The notes beneath the pieces were generated by a model. That model was not told where the DNA came from. It made no database searches and saw only the letters and a list, made by a program, of their open reading frames with translations. A DNA stretch of 64,000 bases from Adineta vaga (Eukaryota; Animalia; Rotifera): contig CP075496.1 in assembly GCA_021613535.1 (NCBI GenBank), forward strand, positions 12,400,001 to 12,464,000, read 5' to 3'. Each line of letters begins with the position of its first letter. The first letter of the stretch is position 1. The translations under genes and the position numbers were made by a program. Shown piece by piece: positions 27,086 to 40,153 of this stretch.

Positions 27086-30000
27086 ATGTTGCATGATTCT
27101 ACAGATGATGATGATGAAGTCGGTGATATTGAAAGAGATACAAGTAGTCAACAACCGGTAGGTTTACTCAAAATAAATTGTATCTTTCAACTAATAATGA
27201 TTGTTTTATTCTTTTTAATTAGGTGTCACCAAATCGTTCAGCACCTATATCAATTCGATCAATAGCATCACATCCAACTACTTCATATCCTACGACAACT
27301 GCTTCACCATTATTATCAGCTAAAATAATCAATGTTGATTATTTGCCACCATCATCAGCTAAAGCATCACCTATTCATCATCCAACTGTATCAAGTCATG
27401 TAAATCCATTATCAATACCAGCACATCGAATATTATTCAATGCACCAACGAATTCATTTGCTGATTCACCATCATTATCTATACGTTCGACGACAAATAC
27501 AAATTTTCATCATGATATTAATCAACCATCAACAATGGTTACAACTGAAACACATAGTTTAAGAAGTGCAGATTCGACAGCATCTTCAGAAGAACATGTA
27601 CATCCATCATTACCATCACAACAACAACAACAACAACAACAACAATATTCAAATGCAATACGAAATACAGATCATCCATTATCAAATTTAAAATATCGTT
27701 CAACACATGGATATCCATCAGTATCAAGTACGAATGTTTTCATGTGATTTCTAATACTTATCATACATCTATATCTAGGTACAACACTTTCAAGTGCCAC
27801 AGGTGTACCTATTGATCGTATGCCATCACCCTCGCCTTCATTATTAAGTGAACGTGAACGTGAAGAAAATGAACGTGTTGAACGTGAATTAGAATTTAAA
27901 CGAAAACGTTTACAAATTTATGTATTCATTTGTCGTTGTATTGCATGTCCATTTAATTCAAAGCAATCGTCAGATATGGCACGAAAACATTTAAAAGTAA
28001 CTCTTGTTCAATATGGTGTTACCAAAGAAAGATTTCTTGCTTTTCTTAATGGTAAAACACATATTGAAGCTGATGAAGGTATGAACAAAACAAAATGAGT
28101 TTTCTCTTTCTCATAATCATATGATTTTTTAGCTTTTATCAATGCTGTTCGTTCATATTATGAAGTATTTTTGAAAAGTGAACGTGTTGCAAAGATGGTT
28201 CAATCCGGTGGTTCTTGTTCGGATGATTTTCGTGATGTATTTCGCATAAATATTGAAAAACGTGTACGAAGTTTACCTGATATTGACTCATTTAAAATAA
28301 GCAAAGATACAGTGCTTACTTTGTGGATGTCAAAATTTGATGCTATTTATCGTGGTCAAGATCAAGATCAAGATAATCCGAATCGTCGACTATCAAAATC
28401 GAATTATATGTCAACATCAGCTGAATTAATTATGAGCAAAGAACAATTGTATGATATGTTTCAAAATGTATTAACTGTTAAAAAATTTGAACATCAGTAA
28501 GTTCAGAAATAAAGAATCTCGAATACATTTATAAATGATTAACGAATATAAATCTTTTCTTTTAGAATGATCTTTAATAGTGCTCAAGTAAGATATAAAC
28601 ATTTATAAAGATTATTTATTAAATCGATAAATATTCGTTTTTATTTATTTCTATAGCTTGATAATAATGATGAACAAGCTGCTACTATTCGTCGTGAACT
28701 TGATGGTCGAATGAAACAAGCTGAATCATTACAAAGAGTAAGTAGAAAGAAATGACTTTGAAAATACAAACGAAAACTTATTTAGTAAAAATATTAAACA
28801 AAAAAAGTTTAAGTTAATTCTACTTATTCCAGGATATACTAAATGATCTTTGTCAAAAGATGAAAAAGGTGTTTTATCTTCTATTTCTATTCTGTAGTAG
28901 TACTTCATTGCTTGCATGAGATACGAATTCAATAGAGTCTTGCAGCATGTTTCATTTTCATTAGAACAAATTTATTTATTGATATGATTTGTTTTCTAGC
29001 AACGAGGTTTAATGCCAAAATTTGTACATAAAGAAATGGATACATTATATGTTGATGAATTAAAAAAGTTGATCAATGATCTGATGGGTAATCTAGAAAG
29101 TTTACCAGTACGTGGTGGTTCAGAACAAAAACTATTGAGATCTAAACGTGGCCAAGGACATGGACGTCTTGCTAGTGCTGGTAGTAATCCATTATCTGGT
29201 GTTAATTCAGCGAATAGATCGACATATAATGATGGAAGTAATCATTTAGATGACAATGAACCAGGATTATCAAAATTAGCATTTGTATTAAATTTTAATG
29301 TGAATATTACAGTGAAAGAAGTACGTGGATTGAAATCCGTTCCATCAAATCGTATTGTCTATTGTACGATGGAAGTTGATGGCGGAGAAAAATATCGTAC
29401 TGAACATGCCGAAGCAGGAAAACCTGTTTGGGAATCTTTAGCTGAATTTCCTACGAATCAAATCCTCCCTATAGTTAAAGTGAAACTTTATATGGAAAAT
29501 CCAGGGATACTTAGTTTAGACGATAATAAACTTGGAAAAGTCACATTACAAATTGATCCCACATTTAATAAAACAAACTGGTGGACAGATATGATTAAGA
29601 ATAAGAGTACATCTACAGATGAATTAAAACTTAAATTAGATGTACGAATGGAAAAACCACAAAATCTGAAAATGTGTGGGTATGTATGAAATATAAATAG
29701 AAAAGAATGATAAATAGAAAATATGAATGAATATCGATGTTTAGTTGGTGCTATGCTCGTGGTAAAAATGTTTGGAAAACATGGAAACGTCGATACTATG
29801 CATTAGTTCAGGTACTAAATACAAATAAGAAATCTCATGATTTCTATTCGAAATATTTAGGTTTCTCAATATTGGTTTGCTATATGCAGCTATCGTGAAA
29901 AAAAATCTGAACCTACTGAAACAATGCCTCTTGAAGGTTATACTGTTGATTATGCTGAACCAGATAATGGTAAATTATTTGTGATTAGAAAGAATTATAT

Positions 30001-33000
30001 GTCATCCTTTCGTTTCATTCCTTAGGTTTAGTAATGCATGATGCGAAATATTTTTTTAAAGCTGTACGTGAAGGTGATGTTGTGACATTTGCGACAAATG
30101 AAGAAAATGAACGACATAGTTGGGTACAAGCGTTATACCGTGCTACTGGTCAATCACATAAACCAATACCACCAGTGACGGCAACTACTAAAACATCCCA
30201 AGGTGCTGCTGGATCAACTGCAAAAGATCAAGTTGGTACGTATTGAACAGATCAGAAGAAAATATCGACATTATCATAAGTTTTCTTCAAAAGTTAAAAT
30301 AAAATGAATATCTTATATAGGACAGTTGCCTGTTTCGCGTACTCAGTCATATGATCTCGTTGAGAGAGCGAATTATTTTCGAAGTTTATTCAAATTAATT
30401 CCAGCGAAACAATGTAATGTTTGAGTTTCTTGAAATATTGAGCATGGCATGTGCAAAATTTCGAATGATTCATCTTATTTTGCATGAACATGTTTTTATT
30501 TTCATTTTTGAATGAATTGATCTACTAGACAAAAGCAAAAGATATTTCTATATTTCTTCTATGCCTATTTTAGATTCAGATCGATCGAAAAAACTTGGCT
30601 TTGATGAATACATTCAAAGTGATCCATGTAAATTTGATCATCATGATCTTTTCAAAGCATTACAATCAGCAACATTGGATTATAGATTGAATGATCCATA
30701 TTGTTCTTTGGTAAATATTGCAATAGTCATTTGAACTCTACATCTTTAACAATCTATTTCTAAACTAACTTGCTTCTTTTCTTTTTTCTTTTTGCTAGGG
30801 CTGGCTAAGTCCTGGACAAAGTTACATCCTCGAAGGTTATAAATCTAGTGATGTTTGAAGTTAAATTAATTTGCATTTTGTTATTTCTTTAGAATATTGT
30901 TCTCGATATGGTGTTCGTGGTTGTGTACGACATTTGTATTATTTAAATGATTTACTTGATCGAGCGGAACAAGGATTTATGATTGATCCACAATTAATTC
31001 ATTATAGTTATGTCTTTTGTGCTTCGCATGTCTCAGGAAATCGGTAAATAAACTGAAATTTTCTTTTCTTTTCTTTTCTAATCGAATCGTAGACCTGATA
31101 ATAATGTAACGACAATAACTATGGAAGAAAAAGATCGTTTTAATGAAATTAAAGAACGTCTGAAAGCATTTCTTGAATATCAAGTAACTAATTTCCGGTG
31201 AGTAATATTCTTACATAAATATACAAGAATCAGAGACATGTTCTTTTTTTTGTTTTTGTAGATATTCATTTCCATTCGGTCGACCAGATGGTGCCTTAAA
31301 AGCGACATTGAGCTTATTAGAACGTGTTTTATCCAAAGATGTAGCAACACCCATCTCTCGTGATGAAATACGAAATTTTATTGGAAAATGTCTAGAAAAT
31401 GCTGCCTATATCAATTACACTCGAGTATCTGATCAAGCTAAAATTGAAGGTAAAACTATTCAGAAAATCTTTGTCAAATAAAAGTTCTCATTTGTATTTA
31501 CTATCGTTACTTATGATTCTTTCTTTAAAAAAAATGTCTGAGTATGTATGTGTCAGTTCGTTTGATCTATTCTTTTCCAGGCGAACGAGAGATACATCAG
31601 CAATTAAATGACGGTAAATTTCATATGTTGTTTTATCCTAATATAAATAATGTTCAATTAACAACAGCTTTGCCCATTCTTTTTAATTCCTAACCTACTT
31701 CTTTGTTTAAAGATTTCAGCATACATAAAGTTTTTCTTTCTTGTTTTCGAATAAGATTAACTGCTTGTTGTATTTAATCAATCAATAGTTTCTCAATTTG
31801 GACCATAATAATAACAGCTTTATGTTTTACATTGTTCCAGTTCATCCATGTACCTTTTTTTTAAAAATTTTTTAACATAGTTTATCCATAATAAAAGCAT
31901 CTAATATAAATGGATGATCTATGAATGAGAATACTCTGACTAAAAGAAAAACCAGAAATAGTTTTAGTTTATTTATATTACTGTGAATTAATGATAAATC
32001 GAATTTTGTTTTTTTTTCTAATTTAGAAACTGTGTACAATAGTGATGATTCACCACGAAAGAAAATTGATGATTTAATTCATTTAGCTGAGTTATGTATT
32101 GAATTATTACAACAAGATGCTGAACATTATCAAGAAGCATTTCAACAATATCATGAATTAGTAGTTGAACATGAGGAAATCTTCTGGTCTTTATTTGCTG
32201 TTGATATGGAACATGTTATTGATCAACAACCAATTGAAAGTTGGGATTCATTTCCATTATTTCAATTATTAAATGATTATCTTCGAGTGCATGGTAAGAT
32301 TTCTTAATTCTTGATAAAAATTTCAATAAAACTTTGTTTTGTTTTTCATTGTAGAATCTTTATCATTAGGTCGATTTCACCAACAGTTACGTGATACATT
32401 TGCTCCATTAGTCGTTCGTTATGTTGATTTAATGGAATCATGTATTGCACAATCAATACACAAAGGTTTTGAAAAAGAGAATTGGAAATTAAAAACGTAA
32501 AATCATTTATGAAAATAATGTTGCAAAGAAAAGAAAAAGTTTCATTTCAATTGTAGACATGGATGTGCAACAAGTGAAGATATTTTGTGGAAACTTGATG
32601 CTTTACAAAATTTTATTCGTGCTTTACATTGGGTATGAGAATATAAATCTAGTATGATTATAAATGAACATTTTTATTTTTCTTAGCCGGATGAAATCTT
32701 TGGTGAACATCTAGAAAAACGATTGAAACAAATGGCTTCCGATATGATTGAAGCTTGTGGAAAAAGGTATGATTAAATAAGTTTTCAACAAATAACTCCA
32801 TAATCGTACGTTCTCAATTATTCTAGAGTATGGCGTCATTTTGAAGCATGGATGAAGAAAGGTGGTTTAATTAGTGGTACAAGTTCCGATTATCTTTTCC
32901 CAGCGGAATGTTGCGTGATGGTAAATGTTATCCTTGATTGTAAAGCTCAAGTAAATACATTATCTGTTCATTTTCTTACAAATATGATCGTTTTCTTTTT

Positions 33001-33834
33001 GTAGGCTCTAAAATTATGTGCATTAAATAGTGGAGATCTTCATCAATATCATACACGTATTGATGAATATTTAGAAAAGATTCTCAAAGATATGTCCAAA
33101 GCATTAATACAAAAATTAATTAGCGCTCTTGATTCGGTTTTGAAGAAACTATCACGGTATGATGAAGGAACATTCTTTGCTCAAATTCTTTCATTAGCAG
33201 TAAGAAATGATTGTTTAATTTCTCATTAGAAAATATAATTCTTTCATCAATTTTAGAAACCAATTAATGAAGATGGTCAAGCATATGTTTCATGTGTAAA
33301 TTTAAATCTTGAACAATTACGACAAAAAATTAGTGATGAAATTTTTACATTGAATATTTTTGAAGTTTGTTTTAGTTTCATTTTGAAATAGAATCATTAT
33401 TTGTCTTTGATTAGGAATGGTATCGACAACAAACACAATACATTTTCATGTGGCTAGGAGAAAGAACAGAAATAAGTCTTCATCCATATCAATTAGCTTG
33501 TTTAATGTTAATAGTTAAAGTAAGGAACTCCTTATCAACGAACTATTTTTTTGATTTATTTTTCTATCTTTCGATAGAAAGCTCGTGGAAGTTTTGAATT
33601 ACAAGGTGTTCAAGAAAAAGATTTGAATTCACAATTATACAGCAGTATCATGCAAAGATTGCACGTAAGCGAGATTTAAATCTCATTGTCTGTCTGTAAT
33701 AAATGTATCTATCTATATATATATATTGTCTTGTTTGCATGTTCTTGTGGTATGTTAGAGAGGGAAATTGATTATCAAAAGATTCATATCTTCATATTTT
33801 CTAGTTTGAAGAGACAGCCAATGCTGTGAAATAA
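27086..33834 (+). CDS. CADPS: Calcium-dependent secretion activator (CAPS/UNC-31)
   Basis: [28 protein letters not shown], a C2-like domain ([11 protein letters not shown]), a PH domain ([15 protein letters not shown]) and MHD/MUN region ([14 protein letters not shown]). More than 20 exons. Confidence 0.95.
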
Positions 33835-34430
33835 CAAGCAAAGTATATCCAGATGATTTCTATTCAATGTTATATCTAAAATCTACTATTAGTTTATTGT
33901 TTAAATTCAGCAATAGGTTTCTTTGATTCGACTTGTTTATATATGCTTTTAACTTCCAAGTATTTGAATAACAAGATCTCAACAGTGTTTTTGATTTGTT
34001 TTGTTTTGTTTATTTCGGAGGCCGGTGGATCTTCTATTTTCTGTTTCTTTTGTTGCAATGTATTCTTAGTTTGAAATCTAAAATTTTATGAAACGACACT
34101 ATTGGAAAATTTCGTGCAATTCTGCTGTACGTCTTTATATCTCTCTTTTTTTTGTTGCAAAGTGATGTTCTCTTCTTCTTCTTTTTTGTATAGCTTGTCT
34201 TACAAAAATGGCATTGTGTTTCTTTCTTTCTGTGTGTTTCCCTTCTTCTTGAATGATTCTGTTATCGCTATTATTCTTAATTCCATGAGTTTTTTTTTGT
34301 ATTTGTTTGTGTGCTCTCTTTTGTTTTTTGTTTTTTTGAAGAAAAATGAAGACGAAAAGAAACAAAAACTATTTTCTATGCAATATAGAAAACAAAGACG
34401 GATATCTTCTTCGTTTTCAGATTCGATCAA

Positions 34431-35111
34431 ATGAATTTTGAAACGATTATTGAATTTCGAACAACATGGAATAATGAACTGTTTTTTAAACATCAAGCAA
34501 CTTGTCGATTAGCAAAACGTTTAATTAGAAAAAGTGTTTTGATTCGTAAGAAAACTTTGTAGAGAAAATGATGGATTACTTTAAATTTTATTTAGTTCAA
34601 ACACGATTATGTCGACGCTTGAAATGTATGGAAAATGATTTAACAAAAGAATTACAAATCATTCAACATGATCGAGAATTCTTACATGATTATCATAAAT
34701 CAACTTCGCTAGCAGATGGTTTACAACAAGTAAGTGAAAAGTTATTTGATGATTCTCGAGTTTTAGTTTGATTTGTTTAGCGATTGAAAGGATTACAAAA
34801 TGAAATTGAAAATTATAATCGTCAGATAAAGAATCTTGTTAAACAAGAAAAAGACTATTGGAAACAATTGGAACAAACTATTCAACGGTAAGTAGAAGAA
34901 AACATTGAATTAAGATAAAGATGATTTTCTCTTTTTTAGAGGACCAATGAAAAATTCTGCGAATATTCGAACCACGAAGATTACTAATGCAACATTTGTT
35001 ACAGGTGTTGATAAAAATAATGAAAATCTACCACCAATTGATTCGAATACTAATGATTTTGAAAAGAAACCTCATGGAAAAGTACCAAAAATTCGTAAGA
35101 AGAAAAAGTAA
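34431..35111 (+). CDS. Unidentified small coiled-coil protein with a C-terminal LPPI motif
   Basis: Four exons join in frame (MNFETIIEFRTTW..RLKCMENDLTKEL..NLPPIDS..KIRKKKK*). Confidence 0.65.
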
Positions 35112-35573
35112 CATTATAGTCAGATAGACTTTTCTTTTTTCTTTGTTCCATGTAAATAATTTTTTTTCTTCTCTCTTATATTTTGTCATGACAAAAAGTA
35201 AATAATGTAGTTTCTTATTTTTTCATACGATATGTTCTTGAATTATGATAATGAAATAAAATCTTGCACTTTGTATATATTTTTACAGTAGTGTAGATGT
35301 TGAATACTTGATTGCATTCGAAAGATTGAAGCAATAATAAAAATCGAATTCTTTTTTTTCTACCATATGTCCTCATAAATGAAAAGTACATTCAGCACTT
35401 TGAAAAGAACAAGTTGTATTTGAAAACGTAAGCCATCTATCGAATATTTTCTTCTTCTTTTGTCGTTACTAGTTTAACCTCATCTGTTGTCAGGAACGAC
35501 GATATGCATGATGGTCATGTGCTATTCAGTTTTATAATATGTTAATTTGTATTGATATTTGAAGAGAAAAAAC

Positions 35574-36200
35574 ATGTTACGACGAGCACCTGAATTACCT
35601 CGATCAGTTAATGATCGTTTGAATCGATTAGCAACATCTGTATTTACATCAATTGATGCTAATGAATCAAAACGAACAAATAATTTTCAATCGAAACAAG
35701 CTCGAATTGAAATTGATTATTCATCTAGTTTACCCTTACAAATGTTATTATATTTTAATGTTTGTTTTTTTCCTTGTTGGCTATTTTCATTAATATTTGT
35801 CCTACCTGTCTTAGCAGTAACTTCCAAAAATCAACATGCGATATTAATGGTTTTTGCTTTTGGTTTCAAAGCAATTATTGAATGTGTTAGATTATATTTA
35901 GGTTATACTGGAAATTTAGCTGAACGTATGCCGGAATTAACAGCTTTCTGTTTGTTAACAATCATTTTTCAATTACCATTGAGTATCTTCTTACTGATTT
36001 ATCCACTTTTAGCAAAACCTGAAGTTCAATTGTCGCTTGTATTTGCTGTAGAAATTATTTACATAGCATTTCTTTTATTTGAAACAATATTTGGTATCAT
36101 GGCTGTACGCGTTATGGTAACAGCACAATCAAGTCGTTTTCATTATCAACAATTCGAAGAAGTTCTACCAGCAAATGAAATTATTTCACCTTCGGGATAA
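35574..36200 (+). CDS. TMEM17: Transmembrane protein 17 (ciliary transition zone), intronless
   Basis: ELPRSVNDRL, SSLPLQMLLYFN..FFPCW and RLYLGYTGNLAERMPELTAF. Confidence 0.9.
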   Translation: MLRRAPELPRSVNDRLNRLATSVFTSIDANESKRTNNFQSKQARIEIDYSSSLPLQMLLYFNVCFFPCWLFSLIFVLPVLAVTSKNQHAILMVFAFGFKAIIECVRLYLGYTGNLAERMPELTAFCLLTIIFQLPLSIFLLIYPLLAKPEVQLSLVFAVEIIYIAFLLFETIFGIMAVRVMVTAQSSRFHYQQFEEVLPANEIISPSG

Positions 36201-36348
36201 ACTTTTTTTCCTCTCTTTTTTTTGTAATATTGTAAAAAGGAAACAGAAAAGGAAGAATACAAAATGTTTTCGTTTTGTTAGGTATCTCATGTTATTTTAC
36301 TCGTTTTAATGTAGTTTCAGATATATAAAAACAGGACGAGTTTAATCA

Positions 36349-37106
36349 ATGCATAGATCATATCAACCAATACTTCCATCTAGTAATCGTCTTCTTCAAA
36401 AAAAATGGGATGATAAATATTATTATGAACATCAACTTTTGGTAAGAATTTTTTCAAATAGAACCAGAAATGAATTTAACTAATAGTTAATGATTATTTT
36501 CAGGTACGCGATGCTCGGCCAACTATTGATACACGACCTCCTCGAACTTATATGCATCTTCATATGAAATTAAAAAAACTGCAGGTATTGATAAATTTTC
36601 TTTATAAAATCAATTAACTATTCTTTGATTTAGTTAGAACAAGAACGTACAGCAACAATTGAACGTGATAATCGTATATTGTTAGAAAAAATGGCACAAA
36701 CCATGCGTACAACTGGTCGTCTTGATAATCGTAATACATATTCAGCTAGAAGGTAACTAACAATCAATGTAAATATTCTTATATGAATTTGATGTTTTTA
36801 GTCTGAATCAAGAAAAGCGTCGTCGTGAATTATTACGTGTATCGAGAGAAAATTCTACAATGGCCAAAAGAATTGTCGATCGTAAACCTGATTTAAATCG
36901 AAATGATTGGTCAACTAGTTGGTCAAAAAATATATCATATTTAGATAATATATCTAAATATGAATTTGATTGGCATGAATCACGTGTAGGAAAAGAATTA
37001 TTTCTCTACTTAATTTTTGTATCGTCTTCATTTTCATTAGCCAAATACACGGCAACAATCGTCTCGACGCGCTGCAAGTGCTCCACGAGCTACTCGAAGA
37101 GAATAA
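36349..37106 (+). CDS. CFAP97 domain-containing protein (CFAP97D1/2-like)
   Basis: Spliced [65 protein letters not shown]. Confidence 0.85.
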
Positions 37107-38159
37107 AAGTTTTCTCTCAAAAGATAATTCTTATATTGGTGAAGATTTGTTCTTATGCATTATTCCGGTCTTTGTTGTGCATTGTATTTCTTCTTATTAA
37201 GAGTGATAATTCTTGTCTTGATAAAAAAAATTGTGATTTCAATTTAGTTATGAAAAAAAAATGCTATTTCTTATCGCTTAATCTCGTTTATTATCATTTT
37301 TTGTATATCTCTTCTTCTTTTTCTTTTTCTTGCTTTACTAAAATCAATATCTATTCGTTTTTTTACTTTAATAAAACATATACACTTATTATTATATTCT
37401 CGCATCAACAGTTGTATTAAATGTCGTATAAATAACGAGTATATCGTGGAAAATCCATGTAGTGAAAGATGATCAACATTAAAAGAAGACTTGTTAGCAG
37501 TAGGAAAATATCAAAAGAATGTAAATAAGTAAATAATGATGAAGATTGAACAGAACGATTAAATGTAAAAGAATAATTTATATTTGAAATAAGTTTTTTC
37601 ATTGAATTGAGATTCTTCGCGCATATTATTCTGAATCTAAGTTTTTATAATCTATTCATCTTTCAATAGTTCATATAATTTTACATGAAACCCTGAAAAA
37701 ATATCACCTGTAGAGAATTCATTTTGTCGTTTATATTTAGTGACATCTTGAAAACCACACATATATCAGTGTCGCTACCATATGTCATTTTATAAACTCT
37801 CTGAAAAAACTGCCGTCTACTCATTTAGTTATGAGTGTTTCTAACGATAATATTGGTTCTTTTATCTAACATGTTCTCTGTTACATATTTACACAGTAGA
37901 TGTCAGTTTTAGTAATTCATAAAAAATATTTTGTTGTTATGTTCGCTTATTTCTTTTACTAATATGATTCATCGGAATATATACATTTTCTTTTTGAGTA
38001 TTACATTCTGTTAACAGTAACAGGAAGAAGAGAGAATATTTGATTACTTATAATTATTTTATTTTGATGCATATAGAAAAAAAATGTTGAAAAACACAGT
38101 GTTTTTTAATTTTAGATAGTCGCTGTCTTGATCTATATTATTTTTTTATGAATCCATCG

Positions 38160-38992
38160 ATGGAACCACAAGCATTTGGTGCTGGTCGAGCTGGATCAGC
38201 ATTTGATCCGATAGAATTTTTGAAAAAACCTCAAGTTATTTTACGAATTGTTGCCTGGGTATATTTCCATGAACTGAGTAACTTTTATCGGAATTAATCT
38301 TGTTTTTATTTTATAGGTTTTCGCTATTATTGTATTTGCATGTATTGCCCAAGAGGGATACGCGAATAATATATGTCGATATAATGAATCGAATGCTTGT
38401 GGATATGGTGTTGCTATAGGTGTTATTGCATTTCTCTTAACAATAGCATTCACTGGACTCGATGTTTATTTTCCGAATATTTCGAATATAAAAACACGTA
38501 GAACGATTGTTATTGCTGAATTAGCTATATCAGGTAGAAATGTTTCATATGAATTATTTGTTTAAAAATTAGATAATACTTTAGGAATATTGACTTTCTT
38601 ATGGTTCATTGGATTTTGTTATTTAGCTGATCAATGGCGACAAGAAGATCAAAAAGATTTACTAGGATGGAATGGTCGTAACAGTGTTCAAGCAGCTATT
38701 GCTTTTTCTTTCTTTTCAGTTATCATTTGGGTAATACTTTGATTTTTAATCATATTCATAGAAATTATGATCTTGTTTTGTCTACTTCTAGGGTGCACTA
38801 GTATTTTTTACATTTCGTCGTTATCGTGAAGGTGTATCAAATTTATTTAGTTCAGGTTATGAAGATCATTCAACAGGTGGTGGACAAACGTATGCTGGAT
38901 ATCCAGCAGCTGGCAATACAGGTAGCTTTTCTCAACCACCTTTTACAGCAACTCAACAAGCAGAGTCGAATTATCAACCACCTACATATTAA
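38160..38992 (+). CDS. SYNGR: Synaptogyrin
   Basis: AFGAGRAGSAFDP..KPQVILR, ACGYGVAIGVIAFL, WFIGFCYLADQW, VQAAIAFSFFS and a C-terminal YQPPTY*. Four exons. Confidence 0.92.
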
Positions 38993-39805
38993 TTAAAGAG
39001 ATATTTAAAAAAATCTAAACAAAAATGATCTGTCTTTGTGTAGTATTTCGTTTGTTTTTATTGTTTTGTCTTGTGAATCTCGTCATGAAAGATTTTTCAA
39101 ATTTTTTCTCCTTTTTCTTGAGGGCCAAATATGTGAAACAGTGACACTTCTTTTACTCTTCCTTTCTTGAGAATCTGCGTTATTTATTAGAATCGCTTTC
39201 TTTTCTTTGTGTTCCATGTGAATTATTGAATGAATCAAAGATGAAATGATCCCGGTTAGATTTCAGATTACGATGAAAATCAAAATAAAACACTCGAGAT
39301 TAGTCACATGAGTGTTAGAGAATGAACAAATCACGAAACTCACCGGCATGAGATATTTTAAACAATGATCATTTCATTTTTTTCTATTCTTCGTTATCTC
39401 ACTATTAATTATTGAATGTCTATTCCTTTTATCATTTGTTATATTTTATTCTTAAACAAGACATGAACTATTTCTGCGCATTCACTTGTGTATCCTTTAT
39501 TTATTGTCGTTATTGTGAAGGTATTCATTTTTCTTTAAATATATGTCATTCAATTGTATTACAATGTTGTTCAAATTTCAAGTATTCCCAACGAAAACAA
39601 AATGGACAAGATGAAAAACTTGATGCTGATCGATTAGTGTTCTCTATTTGCTTCAAGTATGAAAGGATTTTTCTTTGCATTGCTGCTCAAGCTTGAAGAA
39701 CAAGGACAAATGACTGGCAGACTGACAAATATATGTTGATAAGAATAAGATATGTGTATTATATTGCAATTCCTGTTGCTTCTTTTTCTTCCTTTCTGCA
39801 ACTCC

Positions 39806-40013
39806 TACGATTTGAAGAATATTATTATTTGAGTTTGATGATGAAAAAGAAATATTTTGTCAAGAAATAGCTAAGAATCCTTTCTATTCTTAGTCTTCCA
39901 AGTGAAGACATATTGTAGGAAGAAAGAAATAATGTTTTCGTTGATGGGCGACCTCTTCTTCAAACTGCCAGGTAGCTGTGAGAACTTCTAAATAAATCAT
40001 TCCACTGCAATGT
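39806..40013 (+). repeat. Diverged direct repeat, copy 1 (degraded coding fragment)
   Basis: Shares an exact 19-mer (39814-39832) and 20-mer (39948-39967) with 44563-44581 and 44698-44717, at 134 versus 135 nt spacing. Confidence 0.85.
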
Positions 40014-40153
40014 GATGATGAAAGTCAAAATCATTTTGAATAACCAACGAATCAAGAATTGATTTTCAGAATACATGAAAATATTGCTGAGATTTTCCTT
40101 CATTACTATTACTTAGAAGAGAGAGATGAATTTTCTTTCATTTTCTTTCGAAT

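Noticed and set aside
33832-33880. TAA-CAA context at the CADPS stop as possible readthrough
   Set aside because: Incomplete motif and a short, featureless extension.
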